Part shown: in pieces, positions 31,436 through 42,072 of the stretch
Layout of the letters: every line of letters starts with the position of its first letter
How positions within the stretch are numbered: the first letter of the stretch is position 1
Source: a virus
Lineage: Duplodnaviria; Caudoviricetes
Direction: 5' to 3' (one strand)
IMG/VR virus record: IMGVR_UViG_3300031555_010338
DNA: 64,000 nt
The notes under the pieces: generated by a model
The model's database searches: none
Told to the model about the DNA's origin: nothing
The model's input: only the letters and a program-made list of their open reading frames with translations
Translations under genes and position numbers: made by a program

Positions 31436-31693
31436 TTATTCCTCTCCGCTTTCTACATCATGTGAAGGGATTTCTACCTCTGGTTTTGGCTGGCGCACCT
31501 CTGAAATGCGAACCCTGCCATTCTTCATTTCATAATAGATTTCCTCTCCCACGCACTTTTCAATGCCGCAGGACTTTGGGAGGCAAACCTGAACTTCTTT
31601 CAGTTCATTGCCGACCTCCATCAGCGCCATAACAACGCACAACTCGCCAGCACAAGGCAGAACTTCGCTCACAAAAATCTTCTTTTTACCCAT
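31436..31693 (-). CDS. Hypothetical protein
   Basis: 85-aa ORF with RBS. Confidence 0.55.
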   Translation of the reverse strand: MGKKKIFVSEVLPCAGELCVVMALMEVGNELKEVQVCLPKSCGIEKCVGEEIYYEMKNGRVRISEVRQPKPEVEIPSHDVESGEE

Positions 31694-31766
31694 TGTTCGT
31701 CACCTTGCCTCAAAAAAGTTGAGGGGAGGGATTTTACACCCTCCCCGTTTTATCTCGCATTAGCGA

Positions 31767-32555
31767 TCAATACTTCACCATCTGGATCATAGCGCCAGTG
31801 TCAGAATCTCTCATGACCTCGCACTCGAAAGTAGTGGTGGAAGGATCGCCTTCGGCAGCAAAGCCCAGCTCCAGGTTAGAAGTAAACTTCAGGTTAGGAA
31901 TTGTGACCTGGAATGCCTCGTCCTTACCGGTCTTCTGGTTACGAAGCACGGTGTCGCCAACCAGCTTGTAAGTGCCACTGAAATGCTCAGCATCGATTAC
32001 ATAAGTCTCGGCAGTTGCCTCACTGTCGTAATCATAGTAAACAACCACACGCTGATCTGCAGCAGCAGCGATAGTAAGCTCAGTGCCAGACAGAGTAGCG
32101 CCGGTCATATCGAACAGAGCCTCTTCCTCGCAGTCAGAGTCGTAAGGATACACAAGCACCTTATCGGCAGTGGTGTTAGGAGCGAAAGCCAGGTTGATCT
32201 TGCCGTCTGCATCAGCCTTCAGCGGATACAGCTTACCCTTGTTCTCGCCGTTCTCGTACTCAGTTACCTGTCTCATGCGGATGGTCTGTACGCCGACCTT
32301 ACGAGCAATACCGGAAACAAGCTCCAGAGACTTAGGAGAAATCAGAGCGTCCTCGATAGTCAAAGTAGCTTCCTTATTGATTTCCCAAGTGATGAGCTTA
32401 GGATTGCCCTTACCGCCTCGTGCGTAAACCTTCTCAGAAGTTACGCTAATGCTGGAAGTCTTCAAGCTGTCAAACTGAATAACGGGCTTGTCTGTCTCCA
32501 TATCGTAGAGAACAACGTCCATGACTTCCTTTGCGCCAAATTTTGCGTTAGCCAT
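31767..32555 (-). CDS. Major tail protein
   Basis: ARGGKGNPKLITW and AEGDPS motifs; followed by terminator hairpin ~31723-31746. Confidence 0.8.
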   Translation of the reverse strand: MANAKFGAKEVMDVVLYDMETDKPVIQFDSLKTSSISVTSEKVYARGGKGNPKLITWEINKEATLTIEDALISPKSLELVSGIARKVGVQTIRMRQVTEYENGENKGKLYPLKADADGKINLAFAPNTTADKVLVYPYDSDCEEEALFDMTGATLSGTELTIAAAADQRVVVYYDYDSEATAETYVIDAEHFSGTYKLVGDTVLRNQKTGKDEAFQVTIPNLKFTSNLELGFAAEGDPSTTTFECEVMRDSDTGAMIQMVKY

Positions 32556-32610
32556 TTATGTACCTCCTTATAAAAATAACAGCCTGGGACAAATCCAGAC
32601 TGCCGTTCAT

Positions 32611-33339
32611 TTATTCTGCATCACGCTTTATCTTCGTGATCCAATGTGTCAAATTGACATCCTCTTTCTTAGCGCCGTGCAACAGCGCCTGTACGCTGAC
32701 CTCATAATCATCCATGATTTTCAAGCGGTTAAATTGGTCGTTGAACTGATAAAGATCGTACTCCATTACTGCGTCCATAGACATACCAAGTCCACTCGCA
32801 AGGATGCTTACCAGATCGGCCAGCGTGATTGCCGATTCCTCATCAGGCTCTTTAGCCTTTCTGCGCTTCATACGCTCTTCTTTTCTGCGTTGCAGCACTC
32901 TTCGCGCCGCTTCATTGTCTGGATTTTCCTCTTCCTCGTTAATATCTTGCAATCCGTTCCGAAGCCGAATTACGGCCTGTACATCTTCAAAGTTGTCCTT
33001 TGTGATTTCAAAAGCACCACCAGAAAAGCACATTCTTTTCTGAGAAAAAGAAATACGGCTGCGCGTTACCTGCGACAGCCAAAACACCAGAGCATTCATG
33101 AACTCAGAATCGCTTAAAGCGCTTCCGACTAAATACGCATATATACCGACCTTGGAAATATCCTTGCCGGTCAACGCCTGAATGTCGCTTTCTGTCAAAC
33201 ATAAAAGCCGCATCTCAGCGTTAAAGCGTTTATATCCTATCTTCGCAATAGTCTTCAATGTAATCGGGAATACTGGAACGCCATCCACATAAACTGGATC
33301 TTTCGAGCAAAGCTGCAAACCAAGATCTTTTGTGTCCAT
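32611..33339 (-). CDS. Virion morphogenesis protein (tail chaperone-like)
   Basis: C-terminal LYQFNDQF.RL...HW pattern; position next to major tail gene. Confidence 0.5.
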   Translation of the reverse strand: MDTKDLGLQLCSKDPVYVDGVPVFPITLKTIAKIGYKRFNAEMRLLCLTESDIQALTGKDISKVGIYAYLVGSALSDSEFMNALVFWLSQVTRSRISFSQKRMCFSGGAFEITKDNFEDVQAVIRLRNGLQDINEEEENPDNEAARRVLQRRKEERMKRRKAKEPDEESAITLADLVSILASGLGMSMDAVMEYDLYQFNDQFNRLKIMDDYEVSVQALLHGAKKEDVNLTHWITKIKRDAE

Positions 33340-33343
33340 TCCT

Positions 33344-33808
33344 TTACTCCCTATTGAAATCTACCGTTCGATAAACAAGAGATCTTCCGTGAAAATCCTC
33401 TGCCGGTGTGAATCTATCCCAAGTCATTAGCTCAACTCTGCCAAGGCCAAAACCTCGGCTTCCGTTGATAAGCTTGTCTAACTCGATTGTCAGAAGATCC
33501 GTTACCAACCCCTTTGGCGTTTTCATTCGTCTCTCGTGTGATATGATCCAAAAATCAATTCTGAAATCAGTAAAGTTGCGGTCTATAACCCTCGGAGCAA
33601 CAACATCGAAACAAATGTAAGTACCAACTTCCGTTGTTTTGTCGATGATATGTCCATACGGAAAAATATACTTGTAAGGCATCTCCGACGTTTTCATTGT
33701 TGGCTGTTCTTCTGGGCGCAACAGATCAATAATTGCATCACACTTACAGATACTCTCCATGATGGTATCTCTGTAATTAGGGATCTCTTCAAAATACATC
33801 AATACCAC
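33344..33808 (-). CDS. Tail terminator-like protein
   Basis: Size and position between head-tail and major tail genes. Confidence 0.5.
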   Translation of the reverse strand: MVLMYFEEIPNYRDTIMESICKCDAIIDLLRPEEQPTMKTSEMPYKYIFPYGHIIDKTTEVGTYICFDVVAPRVIDRNFTDFRIDFWIISHERRMKTPKGLVTDLLTIELDKLINGSRGFGLGRVELMTWDRFTPAEDFHGRSLVYRTVDFNRE

Positions 33809-34836
33809 CCCTTTACTCTCAGAATTACTTGCTCGGAAATACCGTGTTCTGCATTCTCAACAGCAACGGTAATTTCCTGTCCAATATAGTCTCGGTTATC
33901 AAGCGCCCGAACTATAAAATAGTCCTCCCCGATCTCCTTGAGTGTGCCGTACTCTAATCCATCTGTAATTGAAATATTCAGAGGAATAGCATCAGCAACA
34001 ACACCATTATTCATGAATGCGATTGCAACACGACATTCTTCACCAAACACGACTTCGCCGTTTTGATCGTCTGTGGTTATAGTCACACTATAACCAACTG
34101 CCGGCTCATCTGGCTTTGAATGCTCAGATACGCCATAGTAGTCGGCAACCATAAGTTCTCGGCTGTCTGTTTCTTCGTCAAACTGGCTCTCTACAACCGT
34201 CCATTGGATTACGCCATCATGTTCACCGCAGGCATACGAACCTGGGTCAACTTGCGCCAAGCGATAAGCAGTTGGTTTCTCATGGTTTTTATCAATCAAA
34301 AACCGAAACCCGCTATCAAGTCGAATGGTTTCTTCGTTGTAGGGGATATATACCAAGTGCTGAGCAGAACCAATCGTCATGTACTCCTTAGCAGTTTCAC
34401 CAGATCCGTACTGAGTGCTATTGATGTCATACACTGGATACTCCACAACTTTTCCAGTCAACGGGGAGATGAATCGAATGGAGTATTTGCACTGCCAAGC
34501 AACGGCTTTTTCGTACATCTTGTTATTATCAGGCTTAGAATAAATCATCCAAATCTGATCTCTTGCCTTGATGTACTGTCCACTACGAAGCGTACCGATA
34601 CGGCAAAGAAATTGGCGAAGCACACTATTGTTATAGGTGTCGCTTGTCGTACCTTGAATAACCGCTCTTGTAATAACAGGCTCTACACTCATTCGCTTTT
34701 CGTATATCTCGACATCCTCAGCAAGAAAAGATTCAAGCACTTCCTCAAAACCGTCCTGTGCGAATGCAGCAAACTCGTCGCCTTCAAACCCACTGTTGTA
34801 TAAAGGGCGTGTCATCAAATACCATTCAACAGGCAT
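33799..34836 (-). CDS. Head-tail connector/closure protein
   Basis: 345 aa; position in SPbeta-like gene order. Confidence 0.5.
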   Translation of the reverse strand: MPVEWYLMTRPLYNSGFEGDEFAAFAQDGFEEVLESFLAEDVEIYEKRMSVEPVITRAVIQGTTSDTYNNSVLRQFLCRIGTLRSGQYIKARDQIWMIYSKPDNNKMYEKAVAWQCKYSIRFISPLTGKVVEYPVYDINSTQYGSGETAKEYMTIGSAQHLVYIPYNEETIRLDSGFRFLIDKNHEKPTAYRLAQVDPGSYACGEHDGVIQWTVVESQFDEETDSRELMVADYYGVSEHSKPDEPAVGYSVTITTDDQNGEVVFGEECRVAIAFMNNGVVADAIPLNISITDGLEYGTLKEIGEDYFIVRALDNRDYIGQEITVAVENAEHGISEQVILRVKGWY

Positions 34837-34847
34837 GGCACACCTCC

Positions 34848-35246
34848 TTATTCAAAACAATGCGTCTTCATCTTGTGAAGCATCTGATTTACACGACTAA
34901 TTTCATGCTCCAGCTCTTGCTTTGTTACTCGCTTGGTCGCATCCCCACCCGTAATCTGAATATCCTTACCATAGATACCATTCAAGGCCATAACCCTGCT
35001 CAGTTCTCTTTGTAGATAAGACACATACATCATGAGTGCGAGAATACGCACGGTGGGGCGATCAAGCTTTTCCGCAAATGCTTTGCTCTGCGTGTCATAT
35101 TTCAGATCGCAGCTCAATTCAAGCTCATAATCAGCAACAGCAGTTTTCAGCCATTCTTGCTCCAACTCCTGTGCGATTACATACTTGGTAAGAGGCATGG
35201 AGTGAAAGCTTGTCTCGATCTCCGTGAAAGTAGTAGGCTGATCCAT
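34848..35246 (-). CDS. Head-tail adaptor
   Basis: Helical 132-aa protein, downstream of capsid genes. Confidence 0.5.
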   Translation of the reverse strand: MDQPTTFTEIETSFHSMPLTKYVIAQELEQEWLKTAVADYELELSCDLKYDTQSKAFAEKLDRPTVRILALMMYVSYLQRELSRVMALNGIYGKDIQITGGDATKRVTKQELEHEISRVNQMLHKMKTHCFE

Positions 35247-35262
35247 ACCTCATCCTCCTTAC

Positions 35263-35739
35263 TTACAGTACAGTTGTTTCAGCCAGCTTATTGATAGCTT
35301 CCATCTTCCAGGCCGCTACATCATCTCCGCCAGCTTCCTTAGCAAGCTGCACGACCATCTTCTTCTCAGCGTCGGTCTTCACCAGCTCTTCAAGCTGACG
35401 ATTGAAGTCTTCCTTCTTCTTGACAGCCAGCAGCTTTGTAACGCTTTCGGCATTCAAAACAAGAGCATCGTCGCCGGTTTCCTCACCGTATCCCAGCAAC
35501 TCTTTACGCTGCTTATCGTCTACGATGAACAGTCTTGCATGATCGCCAGGACGCATCTCGTCATTGCCGATGAACAATTTATTTCCAGATTGGATCTGCA
35601 TCTGCACCTCAGCAACATCCAGCATGGCAAAGTTCTTTACTCTTGCGGGAACACGGATATCACCAACACCGTTCAAACGACGGAAGTACAGCGCCCAATC
35701 GCACAAATTATTGATTAAAACCTTATCGGTCAGTTCCAT
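35263..35739 (-). CDS. Hypothetical virion-region protein
   Basis: 158-aa ORF with AAGGAG RBS. Confidence 0.65.
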   Translation of the reverse strand: MELTDKVLINNLCDWALYFRRLNGVGDIRVPARVKNFAMLDVAEVQMQIQSGNKLFIGNDEMRPGDHARLFIVDDKQRKELLGYGEETGDDALVLNAESVTKLLAVKKKEDFNRQLEELVKTDAEKKMVVQLAKEAGGDDVAAWKMEAINKLAETTVL

Positions 35740-35814
35740 TTGCTTATCGCTCCTTATGATAAATTAGGAGGGAGAATATTATCTCCCTCCTTTTAAGATT
35801 GTTTAACTAATTTC

Positions 35815-36927
35815 TTACAGAGAAGGAACCTCGAAATTAGTGTCAGACAGAAGACCAATCTGATCCTCCATACCCTCGGCCACGCCTGCGCCGATCTCCA
35901 TATCGAAACGGGTCATGTGCTGACGAGTTACGATATCATCACCAGTCATAGTGGTCAGGCCGCCACGACGGAAGATCTGGAGAGGTGCAACATTGCCCTG
36001 AGGAATGAAGAAGAGCAGACCCTGAGGCATATACAGCTCATAGGAAGTCTTGTCCGCATTCATGCGGGTAAAGTCCAGAGCGTTAGGCAGCTCTACGATG
36101 TGAGAGCCGTTGTAGTAGCTCAGCAGGCCAGTCTTGCGGATCTCTTCTGCAACAACATCAGCACCGAAAGGAATGGTGTTTGCGCCGAAGGTCTTGTGAC
36201 CAGCGAACTCGTTGAGCTGAGAAACCACGGAATAATCACCGCAGATGTTCACACGGCCATAACGACGCATTGCCTTCAGCATGTCGTCAACGGCAGTCTG
36301 AGTAATACCCTGAGACTCAGCAAAATGCTTCACGCCCTTGGCGTTCTTCAGAGCGTCATACAGCTTGGCGATTACATAGTAAACAGCCTTGTTCTGCATG
36401 TCAGTCTGAACCTGAGCAATACCCTCGGCAATAGTGCCGTCAAAGTTACCGCTCTGCAGCTCACGGTAGTCGCAAGCATAACCGGCAGAGATGGTCTGTG
36501 TGCCGATTGGATACTCACGGAAGCTGTGAGTTGCAAAAGGTACGTCACCGCTTGAAGCCTGGAAACGAGAATCAATGCTCTCGTACTTGTAGGTCTTCAT
36601 CATAGGAACGGTGTCATATGGCAGGGACTTATATGTACCCATGAAATTGAAGATCTTGATAGCCTCGATCAGCTTAGGCTCGATAGTGAAACGCTGAATG
36701 GCGTTCAGCTCGGAAATTGCCTGATGATCGCCGTCGATTGCACGGCCAGCCAGATCCTTGATATGCTCAACGGACTTGTCAACAACCTTGCCGTCAATAC
36801 CGTTCAGACTCTTACCCTGAACCAGAGCAGAGAACACTTCGACAACGGGGGATGTTGCCTTTACCTTAGATGCGCCAACAGTATCTTTAACATTGTTGAC
36901 GGTATTCATTTCAAAAATGTTATCCAT
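35815..36927 (-). CDS. Major capsid protein
   Basis: 370 aa; position after scaffold/decoration; strong RBS; terminator at 35766-35791. Confidence 0.75.
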   Translation of the reverse strand: MDNIFEMNTVNNVKDTVGASKVKATSPVVEVFSALVQGKSLNGIDGKVVDKSVEHIKDLAGRAIDGDHQAISELNAIQRFTIEPKLIEAIKIFNFMGTYKSLPYDTVPMMKTYKYESIDSRFQASSGDVPFATHSFREYPIGTQTISAGYACDYRELQSGNFDGTIAEGIAQVQTDMQNKAVYYVIAKLYDALKNAKGVKHFAESQGITQTAVDDMLKAMRRYGRVNICGDYSVVSQLNEFAGHKTFGANTIPFGADVVAEEIRKTGLLSYYNGSHIVELPNALDFTRMNADKTSYELYMPQGLLFFIPQGNVAPLQIFRRGGLTTMTGDDIVTRQHMTRFDMEIGAGVAEGMEDQIGLLSDTNFEVPSL

Positions 36928-36958
36928 TATCGTCTATCCTCCTTATACAACAAAACCC

Positions 36959-37420
36959 TTACAGAGATACGATCTCAGCAAGGATTCCATCATCCATATA
37001 TGCGGTCTTAGCAATTACCTTGAAGGAAACTGCATAACCAGTTGCGTCGTCAGCCTTCTTTACAAGGCCAGTAGTGTCAAACACCAGAGTATCGCCAACA
37101 GCGATATCAGCAGTGCCGCCAACGATCTCAAATGCGGCGAACTCGATCTCAAGACCGTTCACGGTTCTCAGATCATCTGCGCGTACATACTCGCCAGCAT
37201 TCACAACATAAGTCTCAGGGCTGTTATGCAGCTCAGGCTTGTCGTTGATGTTGGTTACGATATAAACTGCGGTCTTAGCCTCGTCCTCAGATGCAGGCAG
37301 AGCAGCGGTCTTGGCTACGCGGTCAAGAATAACGCCCATGCCAACATGAAGATCTACTGTTGCCTTGCAGTAAGGCACATTCTGTACATTCTTAAATGCA
37401 CCAATAGTCTTGTATTTCAT
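36959..37420 (-). CDS. Capsid decoration/cement protein
   Basis: 153 aa, beta-rich; between scaffold and capsid. Confidence 0.55.
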   Translation of the reverse strand: MKYKTIGAFKNVQNVPYCKATVDLHVGMGVILDRVAKTAALPASEDEAKTAVYIVTNINDKPELHNSPETYVVNAGEYVRADDLRTVNGLEIEFAAFEIVGGTADIAVGDTLVFDTTGLVKKADDATGYAVSFKVIAKTAYMDDGILAEIVSL

Positions 37421-37438
37421 TCTGTTGTCCTCCTTCGA

Positions 37439-38587
37439 TTAACCGAAAATGTCAACTTCGCCCTTGTCTTCGGGAGAGCTTACCCCGCCGAAAATATCAG
37501 GTGCGCTGTTCTGTTCATTGGTGTGTGCTTCTTTGTTCTTGCGTACCATTTCTACGCAAATCTTGCTGGTGATGCTATTCAACTCGACAGAGTTGGGGTC
37601 TGCCTTGAATGCGTCGATCTCTGCCTGTGCAAGAGCCTGTTCCTCAGCACTGAACTCAGACAGTGCAGAATTCAGCTCTGCCAGCTTCTTCTCCTTCTCC
37701 AGAGCGGCATTGGTATCCTTCAGACTATTCAGCTCAGTATTCTGTGCTTCGATGGTCTGATCCTTAGCCGCCACATCCGCCTGTGCTGCAGAAAGCTTCT
37801 CATTCAACTCAGCGATTTCTGCATCCTTAGCGGCCAACTGGCCGTTCAACTCAGAAATCTTACCCTCATACTCTTCGCTTTTATTGTTAAGCTCAGTAAT
37901 GGTCTGATTGACGGAAGTTTTCACAAGCTCGACGAACTGACCCATAATCTTTTCGTCCATAATTGTGTCCTCCTTGTTTTCTTCCAATTTATTATTTAAC
38001 TCCATGACGATTGCGGTATCATCTGCCGGTCTGATACCAAGAATGGCATATCCACTATAATCGTAGATTTGTGGTACTCTACCCTTCTCTTTCCAACCGC
38101 CATCGTAAATAATACGATTTTCGTATTCCGGACGACCAACAATTTCAACGCTGCCCTTAACGCCGTCCGTTTTCATCTTCTCTTGCAACCACGCAACAAA
38201 CTTCGGATATCGCATCTCATCGATATAGCCTTCAGCAACAAGAACCTTCTTTGTTTCGCCGTCGATTTCAACATCTGCGATGTAACCCTTTTCGCAATGA
38301 CCTACCACAGTTGCATCTTCCAAATACGGCATATTATCCCTAATCTCTGTCAGTCCGTGTCCATATGGCAGTCTGCGTTCTTCGCTCAAAAACTCAACGC
38401 ACAAGGACATGTTAGATACAGATTCAAGGTTCTGCGCTGTATAGGTTTCATCCCATGAGATACCGTTTGTTTGCCAGATATCACGGCTTGGATAGATCTC
38501 GTGCAAAATAAGCTTGATCTTTCTTCGGCCTGCAATCTGTCTGTCGTTCGAGAGTTCAAAAATGCGCCCCATAATTTCCTTGCTCAT
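37439..38587 (-). CDS. Prohead protease/scaffold
   Basis: N-terminal protease-like region (GHG...GSVEI...YAILG..PAD) plus C-terminal coiled coil. Confidence 0.65.
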   Translation of the reverse strand: MSKEIMGRIFELSNDRQIAGRRKIKLILHEIYPSRDIWQTNGISWDETYTAQNLESVSNMSLCVEFLSEERRLPYGHGLTEIRDNMPYLEDATVVGHCEKGYIADVEIDGETKKVLVAEGYIDEMRYPKFVAWLQEKMKTDGVKGSVEIVGRPEYENRIIYDGGWKEKGRVPQIYDYSGYAILGIRPADDTAIVMELNNKLEENKEDTIMDEKIMGQFVELVKTSVNQTITELNNKSEEYEGKISELNGQLAAKDAEIAELNEKLSAAQADVAAKDQTIEAQNTELNSLKDTNAALEKEKKLAELNSALSEFSAEEQALAQAEIDAFKADPNSVELNSITSKICVEMVRKNKEAHTNEQNSAPDIFGGVSSPEDKGEVDIFG

Positions 38588-38599
38588 TCTCTCACCCCC

Positions 38600-40267
38600 T
38601 TATCCAGTTGATGGCTTGGGCTGCTGATTTGCTCCATTCGTCTTTTGCTGAACCGCCGCAGGATTGTCACTATCAGATGTTGGTCTTCCACCACCCTGAT
38701 TGTGATCCTCATGCTCTGGATCATCTTTGCCCGTAACAGTAAACGATGTTCTATGCACAGGATAGCGATTCTCAAAATCCTCCTGAAGCTCATATTCCAT
38801 AAGCGCAATGTAATTGTCTGGATTAAAGCCCGTAGATGCAATCCATGCGTACAGACTACCCTTACCACGAGCGTACAGATCGGACATGTATCCAACCATC
38901 TTGTCCTTGTTGACCATAGTTACAGGCAAAACATAGAACTCAACCCGACAACTGGAATCGTTGATAATGTTCTTGTTGATGCACTTATTCAGTTCTTCAA
39001 CAATATCTTCGATCCAGGTATAGATATTGGCTGCAACAAGCTCCAAGTTCAAGTTTGCAGTGGAGTAGTTGCCAGTGCTGCTGCCATCCAGCGCACTTGC
39101 GCTCACGCCAATATCCTTATTTACAGAATCCACAATGGAGTTCTCGTTTTTCTCATCAAGCAAAGAAACATCCAGCGAAATACTATTGAGCTTCGTTCCT
39201 GCTGCCAGTGAGAAGAAGGATGTGCCACCAGCATTTCTGCTCTTACTTGCAAGAGCGCTCTTAACCAAATCATGCTGTTGTCTCTGCTGTTTTTCAGTCA
39301 GTGCAGATGTTCCCTTTTCTTTGCCCTCAGGGAATGTCTCATACACAATCTGATTATTTACAGAGTCCAAAACATTTCTCTTGGTATCTACGAAATACTG
39401 AGCGTAGCTAATATCATCCAGCGCAGCGATTGCAAACGGGACACCATACGGATCTGAGATCTCGCTTTTTATCTTCGTCACAATCGTCTTATTGTTGTCC
39501 AATACAAGCCACGGCGCTGACATATCTCTGTTGTTGTATCTCAGCCACCCTTCTTGAATTTCCTTTGGGAAGCCTGCAAGCTTACGCTTACGCGCTTCGT
39601 CAGTAAGACCATCAAAATATCGCAAATCAAATGCGATTTGGTAGCTGTTGTTGCGTCGTCCCACAATTCTTACATAGTTGATAGGAAGTGGGATTACCAT
39701 AGCATTCATACCAATTGCATTGATCTCAGTGATATTGTGCATATCATAATCAGTCAAAGCCATCCTGTAATCTGGTGTAGAAGTGGCCGTCTCAAAATAA
39801 GCCGCGTACATACCGTCGTTTGCATCTTTGAAAATTGCATCACGGATTACCTGCTTATATCGAATTGTGTTCAGCGTTGCTTCCATCTTGGATTTATTCA
39901 TACGATAGTTACGGGGTCTGCTTCCGTCTGCCCTTTTCGACTTACACACAATAACACCGTCAAGGGTGTGCATTGTCTTCATATAGTCAATAGCACTTGC
40001 TACAACGCCATTTGTGTGATATGCCCACTGCGCCATACTTCTGATTTCGGCAATGTGCGCCAACGGATTTTTCGTAAACGCACGAATTTCTTGAATGGTG
40101 TATGGCATTTCTCCAGCACTTTGCAGCATTCGGATATATGCCGTTCCGATATCGGTATTGAATTCGTGAACCGGCTCTTCCGCAACAGCAATAGCCGAAT
40201 TCTCTTCAAATACATCGTCGCGTTTCCAAAACTGGAACCATTTTCGATTACTTGGCAATCTTCTCAC
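38600..40267 (-). CDS. Portal protein
   Basis: 555 aa directly after terminase; GGRP low-complexity tail. Confidence 0.75.
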   Translation of the reverse strand: MRRLPSNRKWFQFWKRDDVFEENSAIAVAEEPVHEFNTDIGTAYIRMLQSAGEMPYTIQEIRAFTKNPLAHIAEIRSMAQWAYHTNGVVASAIDYMKTMHTLDGVIVCKSKRADGSRPRNYRMNKSKMEATLNTIRYKQVIRDAIFKDANDGMYAAYFETATSTPDYRMALTDYDMHNITEINAIGMNAMVIPLPINYVRIVGRRNNSYQIAFDLRYFDGLTDEARKRKLAGFPKEIQEGWLRYNNRDMSAPWLVLDNNKTIVTKIKSEISDPYGVPFAIAALDDISYAQYFVDTKRNVLDSVNNQIVYETFPEGKEKGTSALTEKQQRQQHDLVKSALASKSRNAGGTSFFSLAAGTKLNSISLDVSLLDEKNENSIVDSVNKDIGVSASALDGSSTGNYSTANLNLELVAANIYTWIEDIVEELNKCINKNIINDSSCRVEFYVLPVTMVNKDKMVGYMSDLYARGKGSLYAWIASTGFNPDNYIALMEYELQEDFENRYPVHRTSFTVTGKDDPEHEDHNQGGGRPTSDSDNPAAVQQKTNGANQQPKPSTG

Positions 40268-40273
40268 CTCCTT

Positions 40274-42070
40274 TTAATTAAATAATGGTACATACTCATA
40301 CTCAGAGCTGTCAGAAAGCAAATCATGCTCCAACATCTGAGCAAAATAATTACCGTAAGAAACCGAAGTGTATCGGTCTTTACGGTCATTGTTGTTTATG
40401 ATCTTAATAAGTCCTGTCTGTTCACCGCGCTCATATTCCAAGTTAATCATCTCGTTAATCAGAGCTGCGGTTTCCAAATATGGACGCTCAAAGAAAAGCT
40501 GCGTATCCACATCCGCAGTTGCGTACTCAGGAATGAAGTTTGCAATCTCATCAACAGCCTCTGTATTGCTGATAAGCAGATCAATCATCCCAGAATTCAG
40601 TCCATTACGCATTGACTCAGCAATATTGCTGTTTGTCTCCAACTGAGCCTTGATAACATACACATTCTCTTCTGCGCCGGCAATTTGAATACGATTTGCA
40701 ACCTTATCGTCATTCATACATTTCCAGGGCTTATACTCTACATTACGCTCTTCATCAAACAAGACCTTCGCCAGCATGTCATAAACTGAAATACCAGCAT
40801 TTCGTCCGTCCAATACACAATAGTCTGCATTGAAGTCGGTATAGAGCTGCTTAATACGAATAGCCTGCTTGGTAGTCTCTCCGCCATGCACGGCTTCCAT
40901 ATAAACAATCTGTCTTCTATATCCACGCTTTACTTCGATATGCTCACCGGTAGTATCCATAACTTTGTACTCTTGGCTTTCTGGGAGCAAACGAATGCAC
41001 GAGAAAATGGAGTTATCTGTCGCATTACCGCCTTCCATAGCGATATCGCATGATAGGATACGGATTTCTCCAACTTGCTTTGGAATATCGTATTTGTTCC
41101 TTTGCTTCAAAAGCACCTCATCATTGCGACGAGGATAAAAAGCTCGTTTCAGTCTTCTATTGCGGTTCAACTGGTCATAGTTAAAGAACGATTTTGCATT
41201 TTCTGCAATCATCTGGTTCTCATACTCGATTGCCCAAGACATCGGATCGAGCTTCTTCCGCTCTTTAATCAAGAAGTTTCTCGTCTTAATGTTGTGCTTC
41301 AACGAAATACTGTAGTCCATTGCAATCACGCAAGAAGACTGATCGGTAAGCATATCCTTAACAAATCCACGAATCAGATTCCACATCCAATGGTTCTGAT
41401 ACCATGCAGAGCTGATATATACTTCCTTTGGCTCTTCTCTCATGTGTGCATACTCTTCGTATTTCAAGAAATCGGCCTGTCTGATATAAAGGAACGGAGA
41501 AAGAACACTATCAATAATGTTCTTAACGATCATACGGAACTCTTCGTAAATCATTACAGTAGCACGATAACCACGAGCATTTTCATTTGCAGCAACAACC
41601 ACAATAGAACTGCCGTTCTTAAATACAACCTCGATTTCATTCTGGTTATCCTTAAAACTATCGATCTCCGCTTCAAGCAATGGCGACTTTGGTATGAGTT
41701 CTTTTCTGATTTTCTCAGAAACAATAAGACGCGCCTGCTTTTTCGTTGCAGACGCGACAACAATCTTTGCACCAGGCCGCAGAATTGCTTCCTTACATGC
41801 AAACACAGCAATCAGGAATGACTTTGCTGCAGATCGAGCAGCAACAATACAAAAGCTTGGAAAAAACTCCATCAAATACAAAATCAAGTGCTGGTACAGA
41901 TGGAGTGTAATACCGAAATAGTGTTCCACAAACCTTGACGGGTTGCGTCTATAAAAAGTGATCCACAACATCAGCCGTTCAACATTTTCCCGTCTGCCCA
42001 AATAATGAGTGGAAGGATAATGCTCATGAATTTTCGCCTGACGCTCATCCATCAATTCTGCATAATTCAT
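40274..42070 (-). CDS. Terminase large subunit
   Basis: LHLYQ, AARSAAKS (Walker A variant), ARGYRA, IYEEFR, ISSA, CDIA...D, KDRY nuclease motifs. Confidence 0.9.
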   Translation of the reverse strand: MNYAELMDERQAKIHEHYPSTHYLGRRENVERLMLWITFYRRNPSRFVEHYFGITLHLYQHLILYLMEFFPSFCIVAARSAAKSFLIAVFACKEAILRPGAKIVVASATKKQARLIVSEKIRKELIPKSPLLEAEIDSFKDNQNEIEVVFKNGSSIVVVAANENARGYRATVMIYEEFRMIVKNIIDSVLSPFLYIRQADFLKYEEYAHMREEPKEVYISSAWYQNHWMWNLIRGFVKDMLTDQSSCVIAMDYSISLKHNIKTRNFLIKERKKLDPMSWAIEYENQMIAENAKSFFNYDQLNRNRRLKRAFYPRRNDEVLLKQRNKYDIPKQVGEIRILSCDIAMEGGNATDNSIFSCIRLLPESQEYKVMDTTGEHIEVKRGYRRQIVYMEAVHGGETTKQAIRIKQLYTDFNADYCVLDGRNAGISVYDMLAKVLFDEERNVEYKPWKCMNDDKVANRIQIAGAEENVYVIKAQLETNSNIAESMRNGLNSGMIDLLISNTEAVDEIANFIPEYATADVDTQLFFERPYLETAALINEMINLEYERGEQTGLIKIINNNDRKDRYTSVSYGNYFAQMLEHDLLSDSSEYEYVPLFN

Positions 42071-42072
42071 GT

